Source: Escherichia coli O157:H7 (GTDB taxonomy: Bacteria; Pseudomonadota; Gammaproteobacteria; Enterobacterales; Enterobacteriaceae). Taken from it: 64,000 nucleotides of DNA. The position numbers and the translations under genes were made by a program. The stretch lies in assembly GCF_013167455.1 (NCBI RefSeq), contig NZ_CP038328.1; one strand, written 5' to 3'. The notes beneath the pieces are model-generated. The model worked only from the letters and a program-made list of their open reading frames with translations, had not been told where the DNA came from and searched no databases. Positions within the stretch are counted from its first letter, which is position 1. Every line of letters begins with the position of its first letter. Below are positions 1 to 13,041 of the stretch, one piece after another.

Positions 1-1536
1 AATCAGCGCCTTATCGAAACGGCGGATACCAGTCTGCTGGTGTTGCCGGAGTTTCTGGGATTATTGCTGCTGTTGATGGCAGTCACTCTCGGATCGCAAC
101 TGGCGCTCACCACTTTGGGGCATCACTTCGTTTACCGACTGCGTAGTGAATTTATCAAGCGGATTCTGGATACTCACGTCGAGCGCATTGAACAACTCGG
201 TAGCGCCTCGTTGCTGGCGGGATTAACCAGCGATGTGCGCAATATCACCATTGCTTTTGTGCGTCTGCCGGAACTGGTGCAGGGGATCATTCTCACTATC
301 GGTTCAGCGGCGTATCTGTGGATGCTGTCGGGCAAAATGTTGCTGGTAACGGCTATCTGGATGGCAGTCACCATCTGGGGCGGTTTTGTGCTGGTGGCGC
401 GGGTGTACAAACATATGGCGACCCTGCGTGAAACCGAAGACAAGCTGTACACGGATTTTCAAACTGTACTTGAAGGGCGCAAAGAGCTGACTCTGAACCG
501 GGAACGCGCCGAGTATGTGTTTAACAACCTCTACATTCCTGATGCGCAAGAGTATCGCCATCATATTATTCGCGCAGACACCTTCCATCTTAGTGCCGTG
601 AACTGGTCAAACATCATGATGCTGGGCGCTATCGGCCTGGTGTTCTGGATGGCGAACAGTCTCGGTTGGGCTGATACCAACGTTGCCGCGACCTATTCGT
701 TGACGCTTTTATTCCTGCGTACGCCGCTGCTTTCGGCGGTTGGCGCATTGCCGACGCTGCTGACGGCGCAGGTGGCGTTTAACAAGCTGAACAAATTCGC
801 GCTCGCGCCTTTCAAAGCAGAGTTTCCGCGCCCGCAGGCGTTTCCCAGCTGGCAAACGCTGGAGCTGCGTAACGTGACGTTTGCTTATCAGGATAACGCG
901 TTTTCCGTTGGTCCGATTAATCTCACCATCAAACGTGGCGAGCTGCTGTTTCTGATTGGCGGCAACGGTAGCGGAAAATCGACGCTGGCGATGTTGTTGA
1001 CGGGCTTGTATCAGCCACAAAGCGGCGAAATCTTGCTGGATGGCAAACCTGTCAGCGGCGAACAACCGGAAGATTATCGCAAACTGTTTTCGGCAGTGTT
1101 TACCGATGTCTGGCTGTTTGATCAACTGCTGGGGCCGGAGGGTAAACCCGCTAACCCGCAACTGGTTGAGAAGTGGCTGGCGCAGCTGAAAATGGCTCAT
1201 AAGCTTGAGTTAAGAAACGGGCGTATTGTTAACCTGAAGTTATCAAAAGGGCAGAAAAAACGCGTGGCGCTGTTGCTGGCGCTGGCAGAAGAACGCGATA
1301 TTATCCTGCTGGATGAATGGGCGGCGGATCAGGATCCACACTTCCGTCGTGAGTTTTATCAGGTGTTGCTGTCGCTGATGCAGGAGATGGGTAAAACTAT
1401 TTTCGCCATCAGTCATGATGATCATTACTTTATCCACGCCGACCGCCTGCTGGAAATGCGCAACGGGCAACTTAGCGAGCTGACGGGCGAAGAGCGCGAT
1501 GCCGCTTCGCGTGATGCCGTTGCCCGGACGGCATAA
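1..1536 (+). CDS. yojI: ABC exporter YojI (microcin J25 efflux type), 5' end outside window
   Basis: Frame 1 is open from base 1 to the stop at 1534-1536. TM region followed by Walker [10 protein letters not shown], signature LSKGQKKR, Walker B ILLLDEW. Lies upstream of mqo as in K-12. Confidence 0.9.
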   Translation, partial: NQRLIETADTSLLVLPEFLGLLLLLMAVTLGSQLALTTLGHHFVYRLRSEFIKRILDTHVERIEQLGSASLLAGLTSDVRNITIAFVRLPELVQGIILTIGSAAYLWMLSGKMLLVTAIWMAVTIWGGFVLVARVYKHMATLRETEDKLYTDFQTVLEGRKELTLNRERAEYVFNNLYIPDAQEYRHHIIRADTFHLSAVNWSNIMMLGAIGLVFWMANSLGWADTNVAATYSLTLLFLRTPLLSAVGALPTLLTAQVAFNKLNKFALAPFKAEFPRPQAFPSWQTLELRNVTFAYQDNAFSVGPINLTIKRGELLFLIGGNGSGKSTLAMLLTGLYQPQSGEILLDGKPVSGEQPEDYRKLFSAVFTDVWLFDQLLGPEGKPANPQLVEKWLAQLKMAHKLELRNGRIVNLKLSKGQKKRVALLLALAEERDIILLDEWAADQDPHFRREFYQVLLSLMQEMGKTIFAISHDDHYFIHADRLLEMRNGQLSELTGEERDAASRDAVARTA

Positions 1537-1741
1537 TATTACGACGCTGACCTGGCGGACTGCTGCCGCCAGGTCAATATGCTAAAAATCCCTTCATTTC
1601 TAATAACCCTATAATTAATCAACGAAATTATAATGTTTCTAAAATTAGAATATAATTTATAAACATTATTTAAATGTTGTTACTTAAGTGTTACCGTTGA
1701 TGCCGCGCAAATCTCACCTGCAATAAAGCGACTAAAAGTAA

Positions 1742-3400
<1,659 letters not shown>

Positions 3401-3403
3401 TGA

Positions 3404-3528
3404 TGTGCCACATCCGGCATGGTATGCCGGATGTGGCGTATGCTGATAAGACGCGCCAGCGTCGCATCAGGCAACCGGCTCGGGCGTTAGATGTCGGATG
3501 CGGCGTGACCGCTTTATCCAACCTACGG
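3404..3528. repeat. REP/BIME-type extragenic palindromic units
   Basis: Between convergent mqo and eco. Hairpin CCACATCCGGCAT..ATGCCGGATGTGG plus two REP-like units (GATAAGACGCGCCAGCGTCGCATCAGGC; GATGTCGGATGCGGCGTGACCGCTTTATCCAACCTAC). Confidence 0.75.
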
Positions 3529-3549
3529 GGTGCCGCACTTCACGGCAGT

Positions 3550-4038
3550 TTAGCGAACTACCGCGTTGTCAATTTTCTCTTCCGCCTTCCAGACGCGGTA
3601 CTTCACATCTACATTGTCTGGCGTATACACCACGATCGGCAGCTTGCTGTTGTAACGCAGCATTCCAGTATCGCCCAGATACGCGGTGACAAATTTCTTC
3701 TCTTTCTTGCCATCCGGGCAGGCCATCATCGTGGAAACCGGCGAGCTAACTTTATCAAAGACATAATAATCATAGCCCCAGCCTTCCAGCGTTTTGCTTT
3801 CCAGCTTCCCGCCGAGACGATGCAAATTGCAATCGACTTCCAGCGTCTGACCGATTAACAGTTCTACTTTCAGGGTAGATTCATCTTCTTGCGGGGTTAA
3901 CTGAATCACCTGACGCTTCATGCCTTTTTCAGCTTGTGGATAAGGCGCGATTTTTTCCAGTGGCTGGACGCTCTCTGCCGCCCAGGCGGAAGTGGTGGCG
4001 AAAGCGGCAAACAATACTGCAGGTAGAATGGTCTTCAT
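3550..4038 (-). CDS. eco: ecotin, periplasmic serine protease inhibitor
   Basis: 162-aa ORF with signal peptide [20 protein letters not shown]. Sequence recalled as ecotin, including the reactive-site region [13 protein letters not shown]. Confidence 0.93.
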   Translation of the reverse strand: MKTILPAVLFAAFATTSAWAAESVQPLEKIAPYPQAEKGMKRQVIQLTPQEDESTLKVELLIGQTLEVDCNLHRLGGKLESKTLEGWGYDYYVFDKVSSPVSTMMACPDGKKEKKFVTAYLGDTGMLRYNSKLPIVVYTPDNVDVKYRVWKAEEKIDNAVVR

Positions 4039-4296
4039 TTTTTGCTTTCCTTCTTCATTTATAGGTTTGCACCGATGATGTCGCTGAAGGTTAACATATT
4101 CATCAGATTTATTAATTTGCTTTATGAATAACTTAAAGAATATTCAGACAATTTTACCTGCTCTTTTAGTGTTAAATTCTGATGAGAGAGCAAACCAGCA
4201 GAAATATCTCTGGTGAATTAATCGCTATATAAATATATTTATAACCATTTGAAATGTGAGCAAAAGCCCGTTTTTGCCACGCTTCCCGCCACTCTT

Positions 4297-4310
4297 TTGA
4301 TCCTGCTACA
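4297..4310 (+). promoter_or_regulatory. FNR-type site upstream of napF
   Basis: TTGATcctgCTACA resembles the FNR consensus TTGAT-N4-ATCAA. About 140 bp upstream of the napF start, consistent with the described anaerobic napF promoter. Confidence 0.6.
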
Positions 4311-4315
4311 GGTTT

Positions 4316-4331
4316 TACCTCGATCGGGGTA
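4316..4331 (+). promoter_or_regulatory. NarP/NarL 7-2-7 heptamer pair upstream of napF
   Basis: TACCTCG-AT-CGGGGTA is an inverted heptamer pair of TACYYMT type, directly downstream of the FNR-like site. Confidence 0.6.
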
Positions 4332-4444
4332 TGCATCTTTGACACATCCTTTAATATCTTAGCGGCTATAAAAATGGCTTATTAATTATGCGGTTTATTT
4401 GGTCGCTCTCAATTTTCAGAGCGCGTTAATGATGGAAGGTCAAT

Positions 4445-4939
4445 GTGAAGATTGATGCATCCCGTCGGGGCATACTCACTGGTCGCTGGCGCAAAGCCAG
4501 TAACGGTATCCGTCCGCCCTGGTCCGGTGATGAATCTCATTTTCTGACCCATTGCACCCGCTGCGACGCCTGTATTAATGCTTGTGAAAACAACATTCTG
4601 CAACGCGGCGCGGGCGGCTATCCGAGCGTTAATTTCAAAAATAACGAGTGCAGCTTCTGTTACGCCTGCGCGCAGGCTTGCCCCGAATCGCTATTTTCTC
4701 CGCGCCACACCAGGGCCTGGGATTTGCAGTTCACCATTGGGGACGCGTGCCTGGCGTATCAGTCAGTTGAATGCCGCCGCTGTCAGGATAGCTGTGAGCC
4801 AATGGCAATTATCTTTCGCCCGACGCTCTCCGGGATCTACCAGCCGCAACTTAATAGCCAACTTTGCAACGGATGTGGAGCATGTGCAGCCAGCTGTCCG
4901 GTATCAGCCATAACTGCGGAGTATCTCCATGCACACTAA
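4445..4939 (+). CDS. napF: ferredoxin-type protein NapF
   Basis: 164 aa, GTG start, several CxxCxxCxxxC iron-sulfur motifs. First gene of the nap cluster. Confidence 0.9.
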   Translation: MKIDASRRGILTGRWRKASNGIRPPWSGDESHFLTHCTRCDACINACENNILQRGAGGYPSVNFKNNECSFCYACAQACPESLFSPRHTRAWDLQFTIGDACLAYQSVECRRCQDSCEPMAIIFRPTLSGIYQPQLNSQLCNGCGACAASCPVSAITAEYLHAH

Positions 4940-5192
4940 CTGGCAAGTTTGCAGCCTGGTTGTGCAGGCCAAAAGCGAACGAATTTCAGACATCAGCACC
5001 CAACTGAACGCCTTTCCCGGCTGTGAAGTTGCTGTCAGCGACGCGCCGAGCGGTCAGTTGATTGTGGTGGTGGAAGCAGAAGACAGCGAAACGCTGATCC
5101 AAACCATTGAGTCAGTACGCAACGTAGAGGGCGTGCTGGCGGTGTCGCTGGTTTATCACCAGCAGGAAGAGCAAGGTGAGGAAACACCATGA
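4929..5192 (+). CDS. napD: NapA signal-peptide-binding chaperone NapD
   Basis: 87 aa. Overlaps the napF stop and the napA start (translational coupling). Synteny agrees. Confidence 0.9.
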   Translation: MHTNWQVCSLVVQAKSERISDISTQLNAFPGCEVAVSDAPSGQLIVVVEAEDSETLIQTIESVRNVEGVLAVSLVYHQQEEQGEETP

Positions 5193-7675
5193 AACTCAGT
5201 CGTCGTAGCTTTATGAAAGCTAACGCCGTTGCGGCCGCTGCGGCGGCTGCCGGTCTCAGCGTGCCGGGCGTTGCCCGCGCCGTTGTTGGTCAGCAGGAAG
5301 CCATTAAATGGGATAAAGCGCCGTGCCGTTTCTGCGGTACTGGTTGCGGCGTTCTGGTCGGAACGCAGCAGGGGCGTGTGGTGGCCTGTCAGGGCGACCC
5401 GGACGCACCGGTTAACCGTGGCCTGAACTGCATTAAGGGCTATTTCCTGCCCAAGATCATGTACGGTAAAGACCGTTTGACGCAGCCGCTGCTGCGTATG
5501 AAAAACGGTAAATATGACAAAGAAGGCGAATTTACCCCAATCACCTGGGATCAGGCCTTCGATGTGATGGAAGAGAAATTCAAAACCGCCCTGAAAGAAA
5601 AAGGGCCGGAATCGATCGGTATGTTCGGTTCTGGTCAGTGGACTATCTGGGAAGGTTATGCCGCGTCCAAGCTGTTTAAAGCGGGCTTCCGTTCGAACAA
5701 CATCGACCCGAATGCGCGTCACTGTATGGCGTCGGCAGTAGTTGGCTTTATGCGAACCTTTGGTATGGATGAGCCGATGGGCTGCTATGACGACATCGAG
5801 CAGGCTGACGCGTTTGTGCTGTGGGGCGCAAACATGGCGGAGATGCACCCGATCCTCTGGTCACGCATCACTAACCGTCGTCTCTCTAACCAGGACGTCA
5901 CCGTGGCGGTGCTTTCAACCTACCAGCATCGTAGCTTCGAGCTGGCGGATAACGGCATCATCTTTACGCCGCAATCTGACCTGGTGATCCTGAACTACAT
6001 CGCCAACTATATCATTCAAAACAATGCGATAAATCAGGACTTCTTCAGCAAGCACGTTAACCTGCGCAAAGGGGCGACGGACATCGGCTACGGTTTACGT
6101 CCGACCCATCCGCTGGAAAAAGCAGCGAAGAATCCGGGTTCTGACGCCTCCGAACCGATGAGCTTTGAAGATTACAAAGCCTTCGTTGCTGAGTATACGC
6201 TGGAAAAAACCGCTGAAATGACTGGCGTACCAAAAGATCAGCTGGAACAACTGGCGCAGCTGTATGCCGATCCGAACAAGAAAGTCATCTCCTACTGGAC
6301 GATGGGCTTCAACCAGCATACTCGTGGCGTGTGGGCCAACAACCTGGTCTACAACCTGCACCTGCTGACCGGCAAAATTTCCCAGCCGGGTTGCGGTCCG
6401 TTCTCCCTGACCGGGCAGCCTTCCGCGTGTGGTACTGCGCGTGAAGTGGGCACCTTTGCTCACCGTCTGCCTGCGGACATGGTGGTAACTAACGAGAAAC
6501 ATCGTGATATCTGCGAGAAGAAGTGGAATATCCCGAGCGGCACCATTCCGGCGAAAATCGGTCTGCATGCGGTAGCACAAGACCGTGCGCTGAAAGACGG
6601 CAAGCTGAATGTTTACTGGACCATGTGTACCAACAACATGCAGGCCGGGCCGAACATTAATGAAGAGCGTATGCCGGGCTGGCGCGATCCGCGCAACTTC
6701 ATCATCGTCTCCGATCCGTATCCGACAGTCAGTGCGCTGGCCGCCGACTTGATCCTGCCGACCGCAATGTGGGTAGAAAAAGAGGGGGCTTACGGTAACG
6801 CCGAACGCCGTACTCAGTTCTGGCGTCAGCAGGTACAGGCGCCAGGCGAAGCGAAATCGGACCTCTGGCAGTTAGTCCAGTTCTCCCGCCGCTTCAAAAC
6901 TGAAGAAGTATGGCCGGAAGAGCTGCTGGCGAAGAAACCGGAACTGCGTGGCAAAACGCTGTACGAAGTTCTGTATGCCACCCCCGAAGTGAGCAAATTC
7001 CCGGTATCCGAACTGGCGGAAGATCAGCTGAACGATGAATCCCGCGAGCTGGGCTTCTATCTGCAAAAAGGGCTGTTCGAAGAGTACGCATGGTTTGGTC
7101 GCGGTCACGGTCACGATCTCGCGCCGTTCGATGACTACCACAAAGCGCGCGGTCTGCGCTGGCCGGTGGTGAACGGTAAAGAAACGCAGTGGCGTTACAG
7201 CGAAGGTAACGACCCGTACGTGAAAGCGGGCGAAGGCTATAAGTTCTACGGTAAACCGGATGGTAAAGCGGTGATCTTCGCGCTGCCGTTCGAACCGGCG
7301 GCGGAAGCACCGGATGAAGAGTACGACCTGTGGCTCTCTACCGGACGCGTCCTGGAGCACTGGCACACCGGCAGTATGACTCGCCGTGTGCCGGAACTGC
7401 ACCGTGCCTTCCCGGAAGCGGTCCTGTTTATTCACCCGCTGGATGCGAAAGCGCGCGATCTGCGCCGTGGCGACAAAGTGAAAGTGGTTTCTCGCCGTGG
7501 CGAAGTGATCTCGATTGTCGAAACGCGCGGTCGTAACCGTCCGCCGCAGGGCCTGGTGTACATGCCGTTCTTCGACGCCGCACAGCTGGTTAACAAACTA
7601 ACGCTGGACGCGACCGATCCGCTCTCGAAAGAGACGGACTTCAAGAAGTGCGCGGTCAAACTGGAGAAGGTGTAA
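5189..7675 (+). CDS. napA: periplasmic nitrate reductase catalytic subunit NapA
   Basis: 828 aa. Twin-arginine signal [11 protein letters not shown]-terminal 4Fe-4S motif CRFCGTGCG, molybdopterin oxidoreductase architecture. Confidence 0.95.
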   Translation: MKLSRRSFMKANAVAAAAAAAGLSVPGVARAVVGQQEAIKWDKAPCRFCGTGCGVLVGTQQGRVVACQGDPDAPVNRGLNCIKGYFLPKIMYGKDRLTQPLLRMKNGKYDKEGEFTPITWDQAFDVMEEKFKTALKEKGPESIGMFGSGQWTIWEGYAASKLFKAGFRSNNIDPNARHCMASAVVGFMRTFGMDEPMGCYDDIEQADAFVLWGANMAEMHPILWSRITNRRLSNQDVTVAVLSTYQHRSFELADNGIIFTPQSDLVILNYIANYIIQNNAINQDFFSKHVNLRKGATDIGYGLRPTHPLEKAAKNPGSDASEPMSFEDYKAFVAEYTLEKTAEMTGVPKDQLEQLAQLYADPNKKVISYWTMGFNQHTRGVWANNLVYNLHLLTGKISQPGCGPFSLTGQPSACGTAREVGTFAHRLPADMVVTNEKHRDICEKKWNIPSGTIPAKIGLHAVAQDRALKDGKLNVYWTMCTNNMQAGPNINEERMPGWRDPRNFIIVSDPYPTVSALAADLILPTAMWVEKEGAYGNAERRTQFWRQQVQAPGEAKSDLWQLVQFSRRFKTEEVWPEELLAKKPELRGKTLYEVLYATPEVSKFPVSELAEDQLNDESRELGFYLQKGLFEEYAWFGRGHGHDLAPFDDYHKARGLRWPVVNGKETQWRYSEGNDPYVKAGEGYKFYGKPDGKAVIFALPFEPAAEAPDEEYDLWLSTGRVLEHWHTGSMTRRVPELHRAFPEAVLFIHPLDAKARDLRRGDKVKVVSRRGEVISIVETRGRNRPPQGLVYMPFFDAAQLVNKLTLDATDPLSKETDFKKCAVKLEKV

Positions 7676-7681
7676 GCCATT

Positions 7682-8377
7682 ATGTCCCGGTCAGCGAAAC
7701 CTCAAAATGGTCGCCGCCGCTTTCTGCGCGATGTCGTTCGCACAGCAGGCGGGCTGGCTGCCGTGGGTGTGGCGCTGGGGTTACAACAGCAAACCGCACG
7801 CGCATCTGGCGTGCGGTTGCGCCCGCCCGGAGCCATAAACGAGAACGCCTTTGCCAGTGCCTGTGTGCGTTGCGGTCAGTGTGTTCAGGCTTGCCCTTAC
7901 GACACCTTAAAACTGGCGACGCTGGCCTCTGGCCTGTCGGCGGGCACGCCATATTTTGTCGCACGGGATATTCCTTGCGAAATGTGTGAGGACATTCCGT
8001 GCGCCAAAGTGTGCCCGAGCGGTGCGCTGGATCGTGAGATTGAATCGATCGACGACGCGCGGATGGGGCTGGTGGTACTGGTGGACCAGGAAAACTGTCT
8101 CAACTTTCAGGGGCTGCGCTGCGATGTTTGTTATCGCGAATGCCCGAAAATTGATGAGGCCATCACCCTGGAGCTGGAGCGCAACACGCGTACCGGTAAG
8201 CACGCCCGCTTTCTGCCGACGGTTCACAGCGACGCCTGTACCGGTTGCGGTAAGTGCGAAAAAGTATGCGTGCTGGAACAACCGGCAATCAAGGTGTTAC
8301 CGCTGTCACTGGCGAAAGGGGAGTTAGGTCACCATTACCGCTTCGGCTGGCTGGAGGGGAACAATGGCAAATCGTAA
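7682..8377 (+). CDS. napG: ferredoxin-type protein NapG
   Basis: 231 aa. Tat-like signal GRRRFLRD and four Cys-cluster ferredoxin motifs. Confidence 0.9.
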   Translation: MSRSAKPQNGRRRFLRDVVRTAGGLAAVGVALGLQQQTARASGVRLRPPGAINENAFASACVRCGQCVQACPYDTLKLATLASGLSAGTPYFVARDIPCEMCEDIPCAKVCPSGALDREIESIDDARMGLVVLVDQENCLNFQGLRCDVCYRECPKIDEAITLELERNTRTGKHARFLPTVHSDACTGCGKCEKVCVLEQPAIKVLPLSLAKGELGHHYRFGWLEGNNGKS

Positions 8378-9227
8378 ACGTGACGCCGGGCGCGAGGCGC
8401 TGGAGAAAAAAGGCTGGTGGCGCAGTCACCGTTGGCTGGTGTTACGTCGCCTTTGTCAGTTCTTCGTGCTGGGGATGTTTTTGAGCGGTCCGTGGTTTGG
8501 TGTGTGGATCTTGCACGGCAACTATAGCAGTAGCCTGTTATTCGACACCGTTCCGCTGACCGATCCGCTGATGACGCTGCAAAGTCTTGCCAGTGGTCAT
8601 CTGCCTGCCACGGTGGCGTTGACCGGTGCGGTGATTATCACCGTGCTCTACGCCCTGGCAGGAAAGCGATTATTTTGCAGCTGGGTCTGCCCGCTGAACC
8701 CGATTACCGACTTAGCGAACTGGTTACGCAGGCGCTTTGACCTCAATCAGTCTGCGACGATCCCTCGCCACATTCGCTACGTGCTGTTGGTGGTCATTCT
8801 GGTGGGATCAGCCTTAACTGGCACGCTCATCTGGGAATGGATCAACCCCGTTTCCCTGATGGGGCGTAGCCTGGTAATGGGCTTCGGCAGCGGCGCGCTG
8901 CTTATTCTCGCGCTGTTTTTATTTGATCTACTGGTCGTTGAACACGGCTGGTGCGGGCACATTTGTCCGGTTGGCGCGCTGTATGGCGTGCTGGGTAGCA
9001 AAGGTGTGATTACCGTTGTGGCCAGCGATCGGCAGAAATGTAACCGCTGTATGGATTGTTTTCATGTTTGCCCGGAACCGCATGTGCTACGTGCCCCGGT
9101 GCTGGATGAACAAAGCCCGGTGCAGGTCACCAGCCGCGATTGCATGACGTGCGGTCGCTGCGTGGATGTCTGTTCTGAGGATGTATTTACAATAACTACA
9201 CGATGGAGTTCGGGAGCGAAATCATGA
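8364..9227 (+). CDS. napH: membrane ferredoxin-type protein NapH
   Basis: 287 aa. TM helices plus C-terminal CxxCxxCxxxCP motifs. Overlaps the napG end. Confidence 0.9.
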   Translation: MANRKRDAGREALEKKGWWRSHRWLVLRRLCQFFVLGMFLSGPWFGVWILHGNYSSSLLFDTVPLTDPLMTLQSLASGHLPATVALTGAVIITVLYALAGKRLFCSWVCPLNPITDLANWLRRRFDLNQSATIPRHIRYVLLVVILVGSALTGTLIWEWINPVSLMGRSLVMGFGSGALLILALFLFDLLVVEHGWCGHICPVGALYGVLGSKGVITVVASDRQKCNRCMDCFHVCPEPHVLRAPVLDEQSPVQVTSRDCMTCGRCVDVCSEDVFTITTRWSSGAKS

Positions 9228-9673
9228 AAAGCCATGACCTGAAGAAAGCGCTGTGTCAATGGACGGCGATGCTGGCCCTGGTGGTAAGCGGCGCGGTTTG
9301 GGCGGCTAATGGCGTCGATTTTAGCCAGTCGCCGGAAGTATCCGGGACGCAGGAAGGGGCCATTCGGATGCCAAAAGAGCAGGATCGGATGCCGCTGAAC
9401 TATGTGAATCAGCCGCCAATGATCCCGCATAGCGTTGAAGGTTATCAGGTAACGACCAATACCAACCGCTGCTTGCAGTGCCACGGTGTCGAAAGCTATC
9501 GCACCACTGGCGCGCCGCGTATCAGTCCTACTCACTTTATGGACAGCGACGGCAAAGTGGGCGCGGAAGTGGCTCCGCGTCGTTATTTCTGTCTGCAATG
9601 TCACGTACCGCAGGCCGATACCGCGCCAATCGTGGGGAATACCTTTACCCCATCAAAAGGTTACGGGAAATAA
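9224..9673 (+). CDS. napB: periplasmic nitrate reductase diheme cytochrome c NapB
   Basis: I chose the internal start MKSHDLKK (149 aa) within track ORF 9203..9673. Signal peptide and two CxxCH motifs (CLQCH twice). Confidence 0.88.
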   Translation: MKSHDLKKALCQWTAMLALVVSGAVWAANGVDFSQSPEVSGTQEGAIRMPKEQDRMPLNYVNQPPMIPHSVEGYQVTTNTNRCLQCHGVESYRTTGAPRISPTHFMDSDGKVGAEVAPRRYFCLQCHVPQADTAPIVGNTFTPSKGYGK

Positions 9674-9682
9674 GAGGTTATT

Positions 9683-10285
9683 ATGGGAAATTCTGACCGT
9701 AAGCCTGGTCTGATTAAGCGCCTGTGGAAATGGTGGCGTACCCCCAGCCGTCTGGCGCTGGGGACGCTGCTGTTGATCGGTTTTGTCGGCGGCATCGTCT
9801 TCTGGGGCGGCTTTAACACTGGGATGGAAAAAGCCAATACCGAAGAGTTCTGCATTAGCTGCCACGAAATGCGTAACACGGTGTATCAGGAATACATGGA
9901 TTCCGTGCACTACAACAACCGTAGCGGCGTCCGTGCGACCTGTCCGGATTGTCACGTTCCGCACGAGTTTGTGCCGAAGATGATACGCAAGCTCAAAGCA
10001 AGTAAAGAGCTGTATGGTAAAATTTTTGGCGTTATTGACACGCCGCAGAAATTTGAAGCTCATCGTCTGACGATGGCACAGAATGAGTGGCGGCGCATGA
10101 AGGACAATAACTCGCAGGAGTGCCGTAACTGTCACAACTTCGAGTATATGGATACAACCGCCCAGAAATCGGTTGCCGCGAAGATGCATGACCAGGCGGT
10201 GAAAGATGGGCAAACCTGTATTGATTGCCATAAAGGGATAGCGCACAAGCTGCCCGATATGCGTGAAGTCGAGCCAGGTTTTTAA
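9683..10285 (+). CDS. napC: tetraheme cytochrome c quinol dehydrogenase NapC
   Basis: 200 aa. N-terminal TM anchor and four CxxCH motifs (CISCH, CPDCH, CRNCH, CIDCH). Confidence 0.93.
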   Translation: MGNSDRKPGLIKRLWKWWRTPSRLALGTLLLIGFVGGIVFWGGFNTGMEKANTEEFCISCHEMRNTVYQEYMDSVHYNNRSGVRATCPDCHVPHEFVPKMIRKLKASKELYGKIFGVIDTPQKFEAHRLTMAQNEWRRMKDNNSQECRNCHNFEYMDTTAQKSVAAKMHDQAVKDGQTCIDCHKGIAHKLPDMREVEPGF

Positions 10286-10297
10286 CAGGGTTATTGC

Positions 10298-10921
10298 GTG
10301 GGTATGCTTGAAGTCAGAGAGTTACTTTGTGAGCGGGATGAACGAACCTTATTTAGTGGCTTGTCATTTACGCTGAACGCAGGAGAGTGGGTACAAATCA
10401 CCGGTAGCAACGGCGCGGGGAAGACAACGCTTCTCCGTTTGCTGACGGGGTTGTCTCGCCCTGACGCAGGCGAGGTTCTCTGGCAAGGGCAGCCCTTGCA
10501 TCAGGTACGCGACAGCTACCATCAAAACCTGTTATGGATAGGCCATCAGCCGGGGATCAAAACCCGGCTGACGGCGTTAGAAAATCTGCACTTTTATCAT
10601 CGCGATGGCGATACCGCACAATGTCTGGAAGCCCTGGCGCAGGCCGGGCTTGCCGGATTCGAAGATATTCCGGTAAATCAACTTTCTGCCGGGCAACAAC
10701 GCCGCGTCGCTTTAGCGCGTCTGTGGCTGACCCGTGCCACGTTATGGATCCTCGACGAGCCTTTTACCGCGATTGACGTTAACGGCGTCGATCGTCTGAC
10801 CCAGCGTATGGCGCAGCATACAGAGCAGGGGGGGATTGTGATTCTCACTACCCACCAGCCGCTCAACGTTGCTGAAAGTAAAATTCGCCGCATTTCACTG
10901 ACGCAAACGAGGGCCGTATGA
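10298..10921 (+). CDS. ccmA: heme exporter ATP-binding protein CcmA
   Basis: 207 aa. Walker [10 protein letters not shown], signature LSAGQQRR, Walker B LWILDEP. Confidence 0.93.
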   Translation: MGMLEVRELLCERDERTLFSGLSFTLNAGEWVQITGSNGAGKTTLLRLLTGLSRPDAGEVLWQGQPLHQVRDSYHQNLLWIGHQPGIKTRLTALENLHFYHRDGDTAQCLEALAQAGLAGFEDIPVNQLSAGQQRRVALARLWLTRATLWILDEPFTAIDVNGVDRLTQRMAQHTEQGGIVILTTHQPLNVAESKIRRISLTQTRAV

Positions 10922-11580
10922 TGTTCTGGCGCATTTTCCGTCTTGAGCTGCGCGTAGCGTTTCGCCATAGCGCTGAAATCGCCAACCCGCTGTGGTTCTT
11001 CCTGATTGTAATTACCCTTTTTCCGCTCAGTATCGGTCCGGAGCCGCAACTGCTGGCACGTATTGCACCGGGCATTATCTGGGTTGCCGCGCTGCTTTCA
11101 TCCTTGCTGGCGCTGGAACGACTGTTCCGTGACGATTTGCAGGACGGCAGTCTTGAACAATTGATGTTGTTGCCGTTACCCTTGCCCGCCGTTGTGCTGG
11201 CGAAGGTGATGGCGCACTGGATGGTAACCGGTCTGCCGTTACTCATCCTTTCGCCACTGGTAGCAATGCTACTGGGAATGGATGTTTATGGCTGGCAAGT
11301 GATGGCGTTAACGCTACTGCTGGGAACGCCTACGCTTGGCTTTCTCGGTGCACCGGGCGTGGCGCTGACAGTGGGACTTAAGCGCGGTGGTGTGCTGCTC
11401 AGCATACTGGTGTTACCGCTGACTATCCCATTACTCATCTTTGCCACCGCCGCGATGGACGCGGCTTCTATGCATTTGCCCGTTGACGGGTATCTGGCAA
11501 TTTTAGGCGCGTTGCTGGCAGGCACCGCGACATTAAGTCCTTTTGCGACGGCGGCAGCGTTACGAATCAGCATTCAATAA
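10918..11580 (+). CDS. ccmB: heme exporter membrane protein CcmB
   Basis: 220-aa polytopic membrane protein. Overlaps the ccmA stop. Synteny agrees. Confidence 0.92.
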
Positions 11581-11621
11581 CGCTGGATTACTGATTTTTG
11601 TTCGAGTCTGGTATCGAAACT

Positions 11622-12359
11622 ATGTGGAAAACACTGCATCAACTGGCGATCCCACCACGGCTGTATCAAATCTGTGGCTGGTTTATACCGTGGCTGGCAA
11701 TTGCCAGTGTAGTCGTGCTTACCGTCGGCTGGATCTGGGGATTCGGCTTTGCTCCGGCTGATTATCAGCAGGGAAATAGCTACCGCATTATCTACCTGCA
11801 TGTGCCTGCGGCGATCTGGTCGATGGGCATTTATGCATCAATGGCGGTGGCGGCGTTTATTGGCCTTGTCTGGCAGATGAAAATGGCCAACCTGGCGGTG
11901 GCGGCGATGGCCCCCATTGGTGCCGTGTTTACCTTTATTGCCCTGGTTACCGGCTCTGCATGGGGAAAACCGATGTGGGGCACCTGGTGGGTATGGGATG
12001 CACGTCTGACTTCTGAACTGGTGCTGCTGTTTTTGTATGTGGGTGTGATTGCCCTGTGGCACGCCTTCGACGACCGCCGTCTGGCGGGCCGTGCGGCAGG
12101 TATCCTGGTGCTGATTGGCGTGGTGAATCTGCCGATTATTCATTACTCCGTGGAGTGGTGGAACACCCTGCATCAGGGATCAACGCGGATGCAGCAAAGT
12201 ATCGATCCGGCGATGCGTTCGCCGCTGCGCTGGTCGATTTTTGGCTTCCTGCTCCTCTCTGCCACGCTGACGCTGATGCGGATGCGTAATTTGATTTTGC
12301 TGATGGAAAAACGCCGTCCGTGGGTGAGTGAACTGATACTGAAAAGAGGCCGTAAATGA
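11622..12359 (+). CDS. ccmC: heme lyase/exporter subunit CcmC
   Basis: I chose the internal start MWKTLHQLA (245 aa). Contains the tryptophan-rich WGxxWxWD motif (WGKPMWGTWWVWDARL). Confidence 0.9.
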   Translation: MWKTLHQLAIPPRLYQICGWFIPWLAIASVVVLTVGWIWGFGFAPADYQQGNSYRIIYLHVPAAIWSMGIYASMAVAAFIGLVWQMKMANLAVAAMAPIGAVFTFIALVTGSAWGKPMWGTWWVWDARLTSELVLLFLYVGVIALWHAFDDRRLAGRAAGILVLIGVVNLPIIHYSVEWWNTLHQGSTRMQQSIDPAMRSPLRWSIFGFLLLSATLTLMRMRNLILLMEKRRPWVSELILKRGRK

Positions 12360-12565
12360 CCCCTGCATTTGCTTCCTGGAATGAATTTTTCGCAATGGGC
12401 GGTTACGCCTTTTTTGTCTGGCTGGCGGTGGTGATGACCGTTATTCCGCTGGTGGTTTTGGTCGTGCACTCGGTGATGCAGCATCGCGCAATTCTGCGTG
12501 GTGTGGCGCAACAGCGGGCGCGTGAGGCGCGTTTACGTGCTGCGCAACAGCAGGAGGCTGCATGA
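12356..12565 (+). CDS. ccmD: heme exporter small membrane protein CcmD
   Basis: 69 aa, single TM. Start and stop overlap the neighbouring genes. Confidence 0.88.
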
Positions 12566-13041
12566 ATATTCGCCGTAAAAACCGCTTGTGGATTGCCTGT
12601 GCCGTGTTGGCAGGGCTGGCGCTGACTATCGGTCTGGTGCTATATGCGCTGCGCTCGAATATCGATCTCTTTTATACGCCGGGGGAAATTCTCTACGGCA
12701 AGCGTGAAACTCAGCAGATGCCGGAAGTCGGTCAGCGTCTGCGCGTTGGCGGGATGGTGATGCCGGGTAGTGTGCAGCGCGATCCCAATTCGCTGAAAGT
12801 GACCTTCACCATTTACGACGCTGAAGGCTCAGTGGATGTCTCTTATGAAGGCATTTTGCCGGATCTGTTCCGTGAAGGGCAGGGCGTTGTGGTGCAGGGC
12901 GAGCTGGAAAAAGGCAATCATATCCTCGCAAAAGAAGTGCTGGCGAAACATGATGAAAACTACACGCCGCCAGAAGTTGAGAAAGCGATGGAAGCTAACC
13001 ACCGTCGCCCGGCGAGTGTTTATAAGGACCCAGCATCATGA
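12562..13041 (+). CDS. ccmE: periplasmic heme chaperone CcmE
   Basis: 159 aa. N-terminal anchor, OB-fold region and the conserved heme-binding region [12 protein letters not shown]. Confidence 0.93.

Noticed and set aside
709-1200. Long antisense ORFs inside core genes. Examples are 709..1200(-), 5156..5848(-), 6872..7435(-), 13730..14479(-), 54706..55416(-), 58986..59834(-) and 32651..33295(-).
   Set aside because: Each lies wholly within a well-supported gene on the other strand. They have Arg/Gln/His-rich or otherwise low-complexity translations and no SD. They are typical shadow frames of GC-rich coding DNA.
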